Virus record (IMG/VR): IMGVR_UViG_3300037692_000062
Span: 1 to 51,289 of that record
DNA length: 51,289 nucleotides
DNA from: a virus
Taxonomy: Duplodnaviria > Caudoviricetes
Strand: one strand, 5' to 3'
Shown: piece by piece, positions 17,816-26,810 of the stretch
How the letters are laid out: every line of letters starts with the position of its first letter
Position numbering within the stretch: the stretch's first letter is position 1
Notes under the pieces: model-generated
The model's input: only the letters and a program-made list of their open reading frames with translations
The model's database searches: none
What the model was told of the DNA's origin: nothing
Made by a program: the position numbers and the translations under genes

Positions 17816-19771
17816 TCAATGTGTTTCCTTCCACGTATATCCGTCCTTGCTGTCTCCAGCAAGAGGGAGGTTCATGTTGAGTTGTTCTCCGACGATGACA
17901 AAGGATTCACATTGAACAGATTTCGTGTAATCGACGACTGCACGAAGATCATGCACGAGTGTCTGCCACTCGTCGTGAACCCAGTTGACAAGCTGAAAGA
18001 CGATGCCCTCAGACCGGAGCCGTTTATACCATGTCCTCAGCGCGCGAGCCATAATGACTTTCTCCCCATTCTGGAGATAACCAGCCAGCATCAGATGCGC
18101 ATCGTCACACATGACCTTCCTGCCGTCTAACCCTACGAAGAACCCGTTGGCAGCGTCTTCAGGGATTTTCTTTTTCTTCAATGTCGCAAGGCCGGGGTAC
18201 GCATCAATAAACCGTCCGACTGCTGTCTTGGCTTCATTAAAAGCGCACTCAAGAATCTCGGCGACCTTCCCAAAACCGGCACCCAGCAGCCAAGCGTAGA
18301 TGAACGTCTTCGCTGTGTCTCTCGACTTGCAGACGTCACCTAACAGCGACCTGTGCAGACTATGGATATCCGTGCCCTTCTTCTTATCCCCGTGAACGAT
18401 AGCATCGATCAATCGCGGGTCGTTAACGAGGTGGGCAAAGATTCGCATTTGAATGCCGTCAGCATCAGTGCCGATCAGTCGCCAACCCGGTGGTGCTTCG
18501 AAGAGAGCACGCATCCGAGAATTGATCTCATTGATGTACTTCTGGAAGGCGCTGTCTTTCTCCGACGGCTTCGCTACAGGAATGTTCGCCAGATTTGGGC
18601 GAGCGTGGCTAAGGCGATGAGTCCACGCGCCAATAGGTTGAAACGACCCGTGAATACGGCCGTCTTCTCCGACAAGGGCGAGCCACTCGTCAAGATCAGA
18701 TAGTCGAGAGGCAAGCGTGAGGCGCTCTGCGAGCCTGTGGGCCGCTTCAGGGGCTGAGTCTGGGAGGGTTTTGAGGTTTTCTTCACAGACTCTCCACCCG
18801 GTTCGAGAATACTCTTCAAGGCGCGCCTTTGGCGTAGACTTGTCCTTAAGCGCCGCGATGTGTCCCTTGGTTTTCTCGGTAGGCTTCCATCCAAATTCAT
18901 TCATCCTCTCCACGATCTGACTGGGACTACCGGCATTGAACTCTTCATACTCAATGACGGTAAATGGCCCTCCGGTGAAAACGGATAGATCATTCGATGC
19001 GATACCGATGGCTTCCGAACCCTTCCACCATCGAAAATCCTGTGCATTCAGCGTTCCTTTCTGTGTCAACCGAGGGGTGAGGTCTTTTATAGGCCTACAA
19101 CGCGGTGGGAAGCCCACCAGCAGGAGTTTATCGATCTCGGCTACCCTAGTAGCCAATTCTGCGTAAAGCTCTTCAGCGGCCGCCGTAGCAAAGGGAAAGC
19201 CATTGTCGTGCATCTCGACCGTAATCGAAGCCACGAAGTGCTCCAAGAGAATTGAATCGTGCCACGCCGGGTCATCGCAGAACCGCTTGAACCGAGTAAA
19301 GAAGATCGCAGCATTGACCTCGACATCAGACCTGCACCGTTCAAGCATCGCTGGCGTGAATGTCGAGAAGTCCGTCATATCAGCATGCTGCTTGTGAGAA
19401 CCAATCCGAATACCCCACGCCTCCAAGCTATGGCCACCCCTCAGACCATAGTTGAACAGCCGAGACAGAACAAGGGTGTCAAGAATGAAGTTGTCAGATA
19501 CAGAAACACCTTTATCAAGACGCCTAAGAGCACGAATATCGTAATTAAGAAAATTATGCCCAATAAATACACGGCGGGGCTTGTTGAGAAAAGCCAGAAA
19601 AGACGCCCGCTTATTCGGCGAAGCCAGCGGCTGAATGAATTCACGGATTTCTCCTGTATCTATGTTCTTCGCCACGGCACAATGAAGTGCCGTCGGATTG
19701 ATAATGCCATCGGTCTCAATATCCATGACCCAAGCGTCGCTTAGATCAAACCAATCTTCTCTATCGAACAT
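17816..19771 (-). CDS. Family A DNA polymerase with 3'-5' exonuclease
   Basis: DIETDG, GHNFLNYD, DTLVLSRL, HSLEAWG; PNLANIP; motif A GTDADGIQMR, motif B AKTFIYAWLLGAG, motif C VHDEWQ. Confidence 0.96.
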   Translation of the reverse strand: MFDREDWFDLSDAWVMDIETDGIINPTALHCAVAKNIDTGEIREFIQPLASPNKRASFLAFLNKPRRVFIGHNFLNYDIRALRRLDKGVSVSDNFILDTLVLSRLFNYGLRGGHSLEAWGIRIGSHKQHADMTDFSTFTPAMLERCRSDVEVNAAIFFTRFKRFCDDPAWHDSILLEHFVASITVEMHDNGFPFATAAAEELYAELATRVAEIDKLLLVGFPPRCRPIKDLTPRLTQKGTLNAQDFRWWKGSEAIGIASNDLSVFTGGPFTVIEYEEFNAGSPSQIVERMNEFGWKPTEKTKGHIAALKDKSTPKARLEEYSRTGWRVCEENLKTLPDSAPEAAHRLAERLTLASRLSDLDEWLALVGEDGRIHGSFQPIGAWTHRLSHARPNLANIPVAKPSEKDSAFQKYINEINSRMRALFEAPPGWRLIGTDADGIQMRIFAHLVNDPRLIDAIVHGDKKKGTDIHSLHRSLLGDVCKSRDTAKTFIYAWLLGAGFGKVAEILECAFNEAKTAVGRFIDAYPGLATLKKKKIPEDAANGFFVGLDGRKVMCDDAHLMLAGYLQNGEKVIMARALRTWYKRLRSEGIVFQLVNWVHDEWQTLVHDLRAVVDYTKSVQCESFVIVGEQLNMNLPLAGDSKDGYTWKETH

Positions 19772-19776
19772 GGGCC

Positions 19777-19805
19777 TTGACAGCCTCTCTTATTTATGAT
19801 AAAAT
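19777..19805 (+). promoter_or_regulatory. Sigma70-type promoter in antisense orientation
   Basis: TTGACA-17bp-TAAAAT with extended -10 TG, pointing against the - strand operon. Confidence 0.55.
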
Positions 19806-19811
19806 ATCTTA

Positions 19812-20117
19812 TCAGTGCCCAGGGGTGATGCTACCTACTAGTGAGTTCACTCGAAGTCGGGGCAGGGTCTGAAGTGAACCCGATGCCTGATGCATAATCC
19901 CCCATTTAAATAATGCAACACCTTTGTTGAACCAGCGGATTTCCTTCTTCCCCTCGATGATGTACGCATGGAGGTGTTTCATCCGTGTATCGTGCCCGAA
20001 GGACGATCGTCGCTTGGCGAAGTCATACGCCTGGTCAAGCGAGGAAAGTCCGTTAAACACCTGTCCATCACAAACGAACTGCTGGTATGACAGCATGTGC
20101 GTCTTTGCTTTGTTCAT
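19812..20117 (-). CDS. Hypothetical protein
   Basis: GGAGG RBS, ATGA overlap. Confidence 0.6.
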   Translation of the reverse strand: MNKAKTHMLSYQQFVCDGQVFNGLSSLDQAYDFAKRRSSFGHDTRMKHLHAYIIEGKKEIRWFNKGVALFKWGIMHQASGSLQTLPRLRVNSLVGSITPGH

Positions 20118-20725
20118 TTCAACCTCCAGTTAACAGGCGACGCATCGACGGTCTTCCGTAACCTGTTGACTTCAGAGAATGGGCGGCTGCCCCAAAACCC
20201 CGTAAAGCCGGGGCCTGGGGTACGAATCACCAACGCCTCCTTTGGGAGCACACCTTTGACAAGGATCGCAGGAAGAGGGTCCCAGAGGACGAAGACGATC
20301 TTTTCATCGTAGAGATACGCCGTCTCTAGAATCTCCTTAGCCAGAAGCACCCAACCAACGTCCGTTCCCCTTGTCAAGGTCCGATCCGAGCGTGCAGCTA
20401 TGACATTCCAGAGGAAGACACCATTCTGTGCCCAACGAGAGAGGGAGGCATACTTCGGATAGTTTCCTACGTCGTCTGTGTACTCGTCGAGGAGATCACG
20501 GGTAGAAATCGGGATGTGATCTTTGGCGCCACGAGGGACTGACAGGGCAAGACCGTCAGCGTTCAGCCGTTGTGTATACGCCTTGTCATAGAGAATGACG
20601 CACTTCGTCTTCTCCAGCCGGGTTTCGATCATGGGACGAAAGATGAGCTGCTTGTCTGGGACCGTCTTCGGCCCCGAGAGTTTAGCCCGAAGGTCTGTCC
20701 ATGCCGGTGACCTCCAGAAACTCAT
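20114..20725 (-). CDS. Family-1 uracil-DNA glycosylase homolog with degenerate catalytic motifs
   Basis: Collinear with Ung: KCVILYDKAY, ADGLALS, LSRWAQNGVFLWN, GW, IVFVLW, GFWGSRPFSEVN, PVNW; start reassigned to MSFWRS. Confidence 0.8.
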   Translation of the reverse strand: MSFWRSPAWTDLRAKLSGPKTVPDKQLIFRPMIETRLEKTKCVILYDKAYTQRLNADGLALSVPRGAKDHIPISTRDLLDEYTDDVGNYPKYASLSRWAQNGVFLWNVIAARSDRTLTRGTDVGWVLLAKEILETAYLYDEKIVFVLWDPLPAILVKGVLPKEALVIRTPGPGFTGFWGSRPFSEVNRLRKTVDASPVNWRLK

Positions 20726-20912
20726 CGCTGCCCAACCCTTCGGGGTCTTCGCTGAGGAAGTCACTGATGAGGAAGTCGTCGAGGGCGAAGGAGATGGCGT
20801 CTTTACACTTTTTGCAGATGTAGCCATGTTCTTTTTCATCCCAGTTAAATGCTCGGGGCTTGTCTGATTCATCAAATTCCGAACAATAGTCACAGATAAT
20901 ACAGCGGGGCAT
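20682..20912 (-). CDS. Small Zn-finger protein with acidic tail
   Basis: CxxCxxC and CxxC motifs; AGGAGG RBS. Confidence 0.65.
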   Translation of the reverse strand: MPRCIICDYCSEFDESDKPRAFNWDEKEHGYICKKCKDAISFALDDFLISDFLSEDPEGLGSDEFLEVTGMDRPSG

Positions 20913-20919
20913 GTTCCTC

Positions 20920-21837
20920 CTAGGTTGTGACTCCGATGGCTGGGGCTTCTGCGTCCTTCACCACTCGTTTCACAGTGTGTGCGATACCGTAGTTTTCCTT
21001 GAAGGCAGTGAGGTAATCCTCAAGCGTCGTACCTTCGAGGCCCGGTGCTGTGTTAATTTCAAGGACATACGCTCTGTCCTCGTGCTGATTGTAGATGACA
21101 TCGACAGCTCCAAAATCCAAGCCGGAGATAGCCATGGCTTTCAACGCCTGTATCACGACATCCGCTGGAATAGAAAGCCCAAGCCGTTGGAAGATGAATC
21201 CATTTCTGAGGTTGCGAATCTTGAAGTCGACGTTAGCCTTGTCGATTGGGTTGCCCTCAGCATCAGTCTTTCGAAGCGCTTTCTTCTGCTGAGAGATGAC
21301 CTTACCGTTCATGATGTGGATGCGGTACTCATCCTTCTTGAGCTTGTACTGCACCCAGAATTCTGAGGCGTTAAACCGGTCAGGGGCTTCGTTAAAGAAG
21401 GCAATGTCCTTCCCGCAAGAGCCGTGGGTACTCCGCCCCATGACGGTGATGCCATCGGACAGCCAAGCCGTCGCTTGTGCGAGGTCGTTTGTAAAGACGG
21501 GGATACGTGGACCGTCGGTTGCCGCTTGTGCAAGGTTGAAGAACGCAAGCTTATTTGAGACACCGGCGACACTCTGCGGGCGGTTAATAACCGCCAACCC
21601 GTGCTGGAGGAAAAAGGCGAGCTGGTCGTTAATACCTCTGTGGCCCCAGTTGATAATCTTTCCCGGGAGGGGGTGCGTACCACCACCGAGCTCTCCGTCC
21701 CGTTTTAGTAAGTGGTCGACTACTCGTGAGGAAGGGACCACGTTCTTCATTCGTTTAGCCAGCGCTCTCGCAGACTTCCCAGATTGGTTATAAGGGAAGA
21801 AAATAGTCAGATCACTGGTAGTCATGTTCGTTGTCAT
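20920..21837 (-). CDS. ATP-grasp ligase (RimK-like)
   Basis: IINWG, INRP, SNKL, EYRIH, IRNLRNGF, LDFGAVD, VLEINTAPGL. Confidence 0.9.
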   Translation of the reverse strand: MTTNMTTSDLTIFFPYNQSGKSARALAKRMKNVVPSSRVVDHLLKRDGELGGGTHPLPGKIINWGHRGINDQLAFFLQHGLAVINRPQSVAGVSNKLAFFNLAQAATDGPRIPVFTNDLAQATAWLSDGITVMGRSTHGSCGKDIAFFNEAPDRFNASEFWVQYKLKKDEYRIHIMNGKVISQQKKALRKTDAEGNPIDKANVDFKIRNLRNGFIFQRLGLSIPADVVIQALKAMAISGLDFGAVDVIYNQHEDRAYVLEINTAPGLEGTTLEDYLTAFKENYGIAHTVKRVVKDAEAPAIGVTT

Positions 21838-21845
21838 GGATTCTC

Positions 21846-22889
21846 CTAGAAGTTACTATCGTCCAGCACTGGGGGCTCGGGGAACGCCGGTGTTTGTAGA
21901 GCATTTAACACCGCATCAGGCATAATAAGATCACCGAAGTTCACCGTCCCCCATTCTGGATGGGGTATTGGCTTCATCCGCTTTTTGTACGTGAGAGTCA
22001 CAAACGCTCCATCCTCGACGTCTTCATACCAAAACTGCTCTGGCATCTCAAACTTTCTTTGCGCTTCGAAAATACGTGAGAGATCACAGAGGATATCGTA
22101 ATTCGTGTGCATCATCCGGTTGAGATCAGCGGACGAGAACTGCGACTTCAAGAAATCAGAGGAGTCGCCGAGAAGTCGGTCGAGGAAGGAGTACACCGGG
22201 AGGGCGTCATACGCTGCCAGCAAGTCCTTTGGTGTCATCTTCGACGCATTCTGAATCAGATTGTAGAACAGCCTAGCCCACACCTCAAGAAGGATGGTGT
22301 CAACAATCGGATCGAGGAAGCGAAATTCGAGGCTACCAAAGCGAGACATTGATGCCAAGTTCAGTGCGGCGTACTTATACTGGTCAAGACCAAAGGACGA
22401 AAACAGCCCGTTACTTTGAATCGCAGCCATCAGCGCCGCAGCGATTTCCTCCGCATCCGACATACGGAGACAGAAGAGGTTACCACGTCGGTTAGGCGAC
22501 TGTGTCGCAAGAAGGACCTCTTCGATGAGGTAGTATCCGAACAACGCCGACACGATATCCCGAGCCCGAAGCTTCAAGACATTGACGTGCATATGCGTGC
22601 TACATCTGATTGACAACATAGGTGTGGACTTCGACAAGACTTCGTCAGACAGCTCTTGTAGAGCCTTTGCGAGTCCAGCCATCAGGACGGGCTTCTTAAG
22701 GACAAACTCCAACCCACCTTTACGCAGGGAGTTCTCCCCTTTGACTTCCCAAAGGGATTTGTCCGACGGTGCGGAGAGTCTGCCCTCTAGCTCAAGCTCG
22801 ATGCCGACATCGCCGGCAGGACCTGGGGTCCTACTGGTATACTCCGCTCGAAACTCGGCAAGGGTTGAGTCAAGGCTGTTCGTATACAC
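21846..22889 (-). CDS. Putative amidoligase (glutamine synthetase-like COOH-NH2 ligase)
   Basis: VGIELELE, ENSLR...LEFV, RCSTHMHVN, KYAALN, GSLEFR. Confidence 0.85.
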   Translation of the reverse strand: MYTNSLDSTLAEFRAEYTSRTPGPAGDVGIELELEGRLSAPSDKSLWEVKGENSLRKGGLEFVLKKPVLMAGLAKALQELSDEVLSKSTPMLSIRCSTHMHVNVLKLRARDIVSALFGYYLIEEVLLATQSPNRRGNLFCLRMSDAEEIAAALMAAIQSNGLFSSFGLDQYKYAALNLASMSRFGSLEFRFLDPIVDTILLEVWARLFYNLIQNASKMTPKDLLAAYDALPVYSFLDRLLGDSSDFLKSQFSSADLNRMMHTNYDILCDLSRIFEAQRKFEMPEQFWYEDVEDGAFVTLTYKKRMKPIPHPEWGTVNFGDLIMPDAVLNALQTPAFPEPPVLDDSNF

Positions 22890-23538
22890 TGATCACTCCT
22901 AGGTATTCACCCAAGAAGCCTTCAAGTGAGGCCCTCCGGGTTTTTGTCAAGGCCCCTGCCGCAAAGACAAAGGCGTTTTTATCGGATAAGAACGACCCAA
23001 CCGGCACGAACTTATGATACAGCGTGCTGACGCGGTCGCTCGTTGAGCCGACAAGCATCCAGTTCCTGTCGAAAGAGCCGATGCCCTTTTTCAGGACTTC
23101 CTCGATTGGGGGGTACACACCTTCGATACACTTCTTTACCGGAAGGAGGTCTCTCCAGTGATCGTAACGGTAGCCAGAGGTAAGTCCACGATAGTCGGCC
23201 CTGTCTTTGTTTGGGGTGAATATCTGCAAAGACTTTGGGTTGACGCTCTGCTTCTGCGAACGCTTCGGACTGCGCATCAGGTACATAGGCCCGGAACGTG
23301 TCATGCACCAGCCTAGCGGTGGCGAAGAGATATCCAGCTCTTCATCTGATGAGTGAACGAGCAACGCAGAACTTTCTATGGACGCCTCAGGCTGAGAGAC
23401 ATCAATCAGTCGGACGAGCAAGTCCGGAGTTGCACTGTGACAATAGAACGCCGTGCCTTGGAATCGGACAAACCCACCGACAAGCCGCATGTCGACGTCT
23501 TGAATGGTTTCGTAACGCAGTGGTTTGAGTCTAGCCAT
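22870..23538 (-). CDS. Hypothetical protein of the amidoligase cluster
   Basis: TAATG-coupled; PPLGW motif; inside the cluster. Confidence 0.65.
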   Translation of the reverse strand: MARLKPLRYETIQDVDMRLVGGFVRFQGTAFYCHSATPDLLVRLIDVSQPEASIESSALLVHSSDEELDISSPPLGWCMTRSGPMYLMRSPKRSQKQSVNPKSLQIFTPNKDRADYRGLTSGYRYDHWRDLLPVKKCIEGVYPPIEEVLKKGIGSFDRNWMLVGSTSDRVSTLYHKFVPVGSFLSDKNAFVFAAGALTKTRRASLEGFLGEYLGVISVYEQP

Positions 23539-24401
23539 TATGCTGCCTTCAAGTAGTCCTCGGGAAGAGGGTCAATATTCCACTCACCAACGAGGAAGTC
23601 ATGGTAGTGGAGGAGTTCAGCTCGGGTCAACGGCTCGTCATTGAGGACACGGTTGGTGACAAAGATCGGGTACCTCCAAGACCACAACTTGTAGTCGTCG
23701 TCAAGGAGTTTCATCGTCCGACAAGTCGCATTGAATACCCAACGCTGAAGATCAGGATCAGCGATAAACGCATTCGACAACGGGCGATATTCAACACCGT
23801 ACTTCTTCGGACGGAATGACCCGATCTTTCCATACAGCGTCCTTCTCTTGGTGTCGTCATCCCACAGCAGAGACATCGGATAGAGGACCGTATCGAGTCC
23901 CTTCACCGTTTGACAACAGTCGAAGAAGTGGCTCTCGTCGAGGGGGTCTTGGTCGACATTGCCATCGATCCAGCCAATGTGGATATGCCCCGCACCGGTC
24001 CTGAAGGGCTCTTCCGTAGGCTTGAACTCCTGGACTTTATGCGTATACGCATTGTAATCCGGGTCACAGCCGAAGACAAGAGCCTCGGGTGGCAAGGTCG
24101 AGAAGTAATCCTTGTCGAAGACAGCTGTCGGGATGACACGAAGAGAGAGGTCCGGTGCCTTCTCATGGACTTTGTTGGTCATCTCGATGAGGACAGTCTT
24201 GATATTCGCAAGGAAGTCCTCGACATTATCGGCAGGGTTGATGTTGAATTCCGCAGAGACACCGTCGACTTGCACCGCACCCGATTGCACAGGGAACGGG
24301 GCAAACTTCGAGCCCGGTAGATAGTCGTGAGCGGACACGAACTTCCCTGCTTGGTCCATCAGAAAGAGCTCGGGATCACACCCAATCGTATATTTGATCA
24401 T
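23538..24401 (-). CDS. phiEco32-like COOH-NH2 ligase type 2
   Basis: TIGCDPELFL, QVDGVSAEFNI, FGCDPDYNAY, RTGAGHIHIG, RRTLYGKIGSFRPKKYGVEYRPLSN. Confidence 0.9.
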   Translation of the reverse strand: MIKYTIGCDPELFLMDQAGKFVSAHDYLPGSKFAPFPVQSGAVQVDGVSAEFNINPADNVEDFLANIKTVLIEMTNKVHEKAPDLSLRVIPTAVFDKDYFSTLPPEALVFGCDPDYNAYTHKVQEFKPTEEPFRTGAGHIHIGWIDGNVDQDPLDESHFFDCCQTVKGLDTVLYPMSLLWDDDTKRRTLYGKIGSFRPKKYGVEYRPLSNAFIADPDLQRWVFNATCRTMKLLDDDYKLWSWRYPIFVTNRVLNDEPLTRAELLHYHDFLVGEWNIDPLPEDYLKAA

Positions 24402-24420
24402 TTTTTCCTCAACGTTAACG

Positions 24421-25350
24421 TTAGTTGGCGACAGCGACAGCAACATCAACAGCCTCGGGCTTGTCCCGTTCGGAACGAAGCCAAGACAGGATTACAGGGA
24501 GTTTCTTGACCGGGGCAGGGTCGTATGGGGTCGCTGCCCTCCAAATCTTGGTCGCCAAAAGCGGCGGCCCGGACTTGCCAAAGATGTTCCCGAGTTCGGG
24601 GCGATCATAGGCGTACCGGTCAAAGAGTGTTCCACCGGTGAGATCGAGGGGGTTACCGTCGAACAGCCGGCGAACATCAGCTCGGCTGCTCAAGTAGTAG
24701 TCGTTTCCAACTGAGTACACTCCCTCCGTTCGCCAATCGCTGGCGGGCAAGACTTTCGCATACCACGCCATGACAAAGGCTTCTTGCTCGGTAATGCCAT
24801 CGATCTTCTTGAACTCAGCGAAGCTCTCTCCCGCGTAGGTCGACGAGCGACGAAGGTTCATGAACAACGACACGAGAACCGTCGGCTCAACATGGGTGTC
24901 TTGAAAGATCAGCCCGGTGATCAGCCCATTGTCGTTTGAGACGGTGATGACATCACGACATGCATTCCGCCAAGGAGACAGCGGCCCGATAGCAGCCTCG
25001 ATAAAGGCATTGTGGATTTCGGGCTTTGAAGTGTCTTTCGAGTATTGCCCGACGAGAGGAAGGGCAACAGCCAAGGGATTCCCGTCTGGGAATGGCCAGT
25101 GGAGGTCGCGGGGCTTGCTGATATCGGCGGCATTCGCTGGAAGCGTGCCTTCGCCGTAAGGTCGCATCTCACCGTAGCACGGCTGACTCATACGGGCAAC
25201 GTATTCGAGTTTGTCGCCGTCCTGCATCAAGAATGCAAATGACGTCCCGTGCGGCGTTGAGGCGAATCTTCGAAGGGCTTTGAACCCGCTGTCGATGTCA
25301 TCGACGTACTCTAGGATTTCCCTGCCAGGGTATTGAGAAGATTTAGACAT
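24421..25350 (-). CDS. Hypothetical protein of the amidoligase cluster
   Basis: 309-aa ORF between GATase and ligase; no motif recognised. Confidence 0.65.
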   Translation of the reverse strand: MSKSSQYPGREILEYVDDIDSGFKALRRFASTPHGTSFAFLMQDGDKLEYVARMSQPCYGEMRPYGEGTLPANAADISKPRDLHWPFPDGNPLAVALPLVGQYSKDTSKPEIHNAFIEAAIGPLSPWRNACRDVITVSNDNGLITGLIFQDTHVEPTVLVSLFMNLRRSSTYAGESFAEFKKIDGITEQEAFVMAWYAKVLPASDWRTEGVYSVGNDYYLSSRADVRRLFDGNPLDLTGGTLFDRYAYDRPELGNIFGKSGPPLLATKIWRAATPYDPAPVKKLPVILSWLRSERDKPEAVDVAVAVAN

Positions 25351-25376
25351 GTCTCTCTTTCATTTTGTTAGTCAGG

Positions 25377-26810
25377 TTAGTTAATTGTGACGACCTTGCC
25401 GCCTTGCACAACCTTGGAGACATCTCCCCAAGACTCGTCGTCCATTGTGCACCGGACCCAGTCACCATCGGAATTGTCATAGCAGTCACCGCAAGCGTAA
25501 TAATCGCGGTTCCACCACTTTGTCCGCTCGACTTCCTTGACATCGCTCGGATCAACGATAGTGCCACAGCACATGCAACCGGTGGAGAGCTTGAACGCGA
25601 GCTCAGCAGCAGTCACTGGTTCGGTGCCGTACAGTGGAATGAGCTGATGCTTTGTTGGAATGCTCTCTGGAGCGTCATTCGCTGCCTCTGTGTTCACCGG
25701 AGGCGAGGAATCGACGTCGTCTTTCAGCCAAGCCAATGCCCTGAGGCCATCTGTCGAATGGTGTTGACGGTGGCCTGCGTACTCCCCCGGCTGAGCCGCC
25801 TTGGGTTTGAAAGCTGCCTCTGCTCGTTTGAGCGCATCACTCTTAGCAGCCTCTTCCTTCTCCCACTTGCGCTTTTCGTAAGAAGTACGAAACCTGCCAT
25901 CAGGACAGATGACAGTACCGGCTACGTAATGATCATAGGAGTCTGGCAAGGCATCGTCGTCGCCGTAGATATCACCCATGCCACTGTAGTCCATCCTACC
26001 GTAGCCAGTGCCACCATAACCTGCGGAGACGACCAAAGGGCGCGAGACGGTCGACACCACCGTCTTTACCGGAATCTTTGTCAATTCCGCAGTTTCGGGG
26101 GAGGCTCCGATCTTGAAGGACAACAGCGTATTCTCTTCAAGAGTGAAGACCCTGTCTTTGTCGTCGCCTTTCCACCCCTTGTTCTGAACGTTCATGCTCC
26201 TGTCAACAGCCATCTCCAACATCTCCTTGGTCGAAGACCAGATTAACGTCGTCTGATTGTAGGCGTACGTAAAGTGCAACGGACGCTTGCTGTTGCGTAT
26301 GAAGTTCAGAGTGTTCTCGGCCTTGTCGACGAAGCACAGGGCGTACGTCGTGTCGTAACCAGCGACTTCGTTCAAGGCGCCTTCGAGACCGAGTTCGTTG
26401 ATCAGCGCATACAACGCTTCACTGTCTGTCTCAAAGTCCTTGCTGCCCTTGAACGCCTTCGTAATCGTGCCGTTGTGGACGCCGACGACATTCGGAAAGC
26501 TGAACGGATGAGCGTTCTTGACAGTGATCGAACCTTTCGTAGCCGACCGGGTATGACCGATGTAGCCAATGGTACGAGAACCCTTCGTGTTGTGGTCGAG
26601 GAAGTCCTGGCCGAGCTTGGAGTAGATGTAGCTTGGACTGGGAGCTGTGGTCCGCTGAGAGCGATACCGGTAGGCGCCTCCTTTGGACTCGATGTGAACG
26701 ACGCCGGTAGAGTGTTCACCCCGCCAGACGTTGAGTAGCAGCAAACTCTTGAAGACTTTCTGCTCGGGTGTACCGCAAGACAGGGCGTAAACCCCGCAAA
26801 TTCCGCACAT
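25377..26810 (-). CDS. Class II (Ntn) glutamine amidotransferase with C-terminal extension
   Basis: MCGICG N-terminal nucleophile, RGEHSTG, GHTRSAT, NAHPF, HNGTI, TDSE; C-terminal CxCC...CxxC. Confidence 0.9.
   Translation of the reverse strand: MCGICGVYALSCGTPEQKVFKSLLLLNVWRGEHSTGVVHIESKGGAYRYRSQRTTAPSPSYIYSKLGQDFLDHNTKGSRTIGYIGHTRSATKGSITVKNAHPFSFPNVVGVHNGTITKAFKGSKDFETDSEALYALINELGLEGALNEVAGYDTTYALCFVDKAENTLNFIRNSKRPLHFTYAYNQTTLIWSSTKEMLEMAVDRSMNVQNKGWKGDDKDRVFTLEENTLLSFKIGASPETAELTKIPVKTVVSTVSRPLVVSAGYGGTGYGRMDYSGMGDIYGDDDALPDSYDHYVAGTVICPDGRFRTSYEKRKWEKEEAAKSDALKRAEAAFKPKAAQPGEYAGHRQHHSTDGLRALAWLKDDVDSSPPVNTEAANDAPESIPTKHQLIPLYGTEPVTAAELAFKLSTGCMCCGTIVDPSDVKEVERTKWWNRDYYACGDCYDNSDGDWVRCTMDDESWGDVSKVVQGGKVVTIN

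Noticed and set aside
25365-26246. 293-aa + strand ORF and similar long antisense ORFs (2173-3030, 3235-3969, 40781-41527, 36757-37422)
   Set aside because: Shadow frames opposite well-supported genes, with no motifs or RBS.
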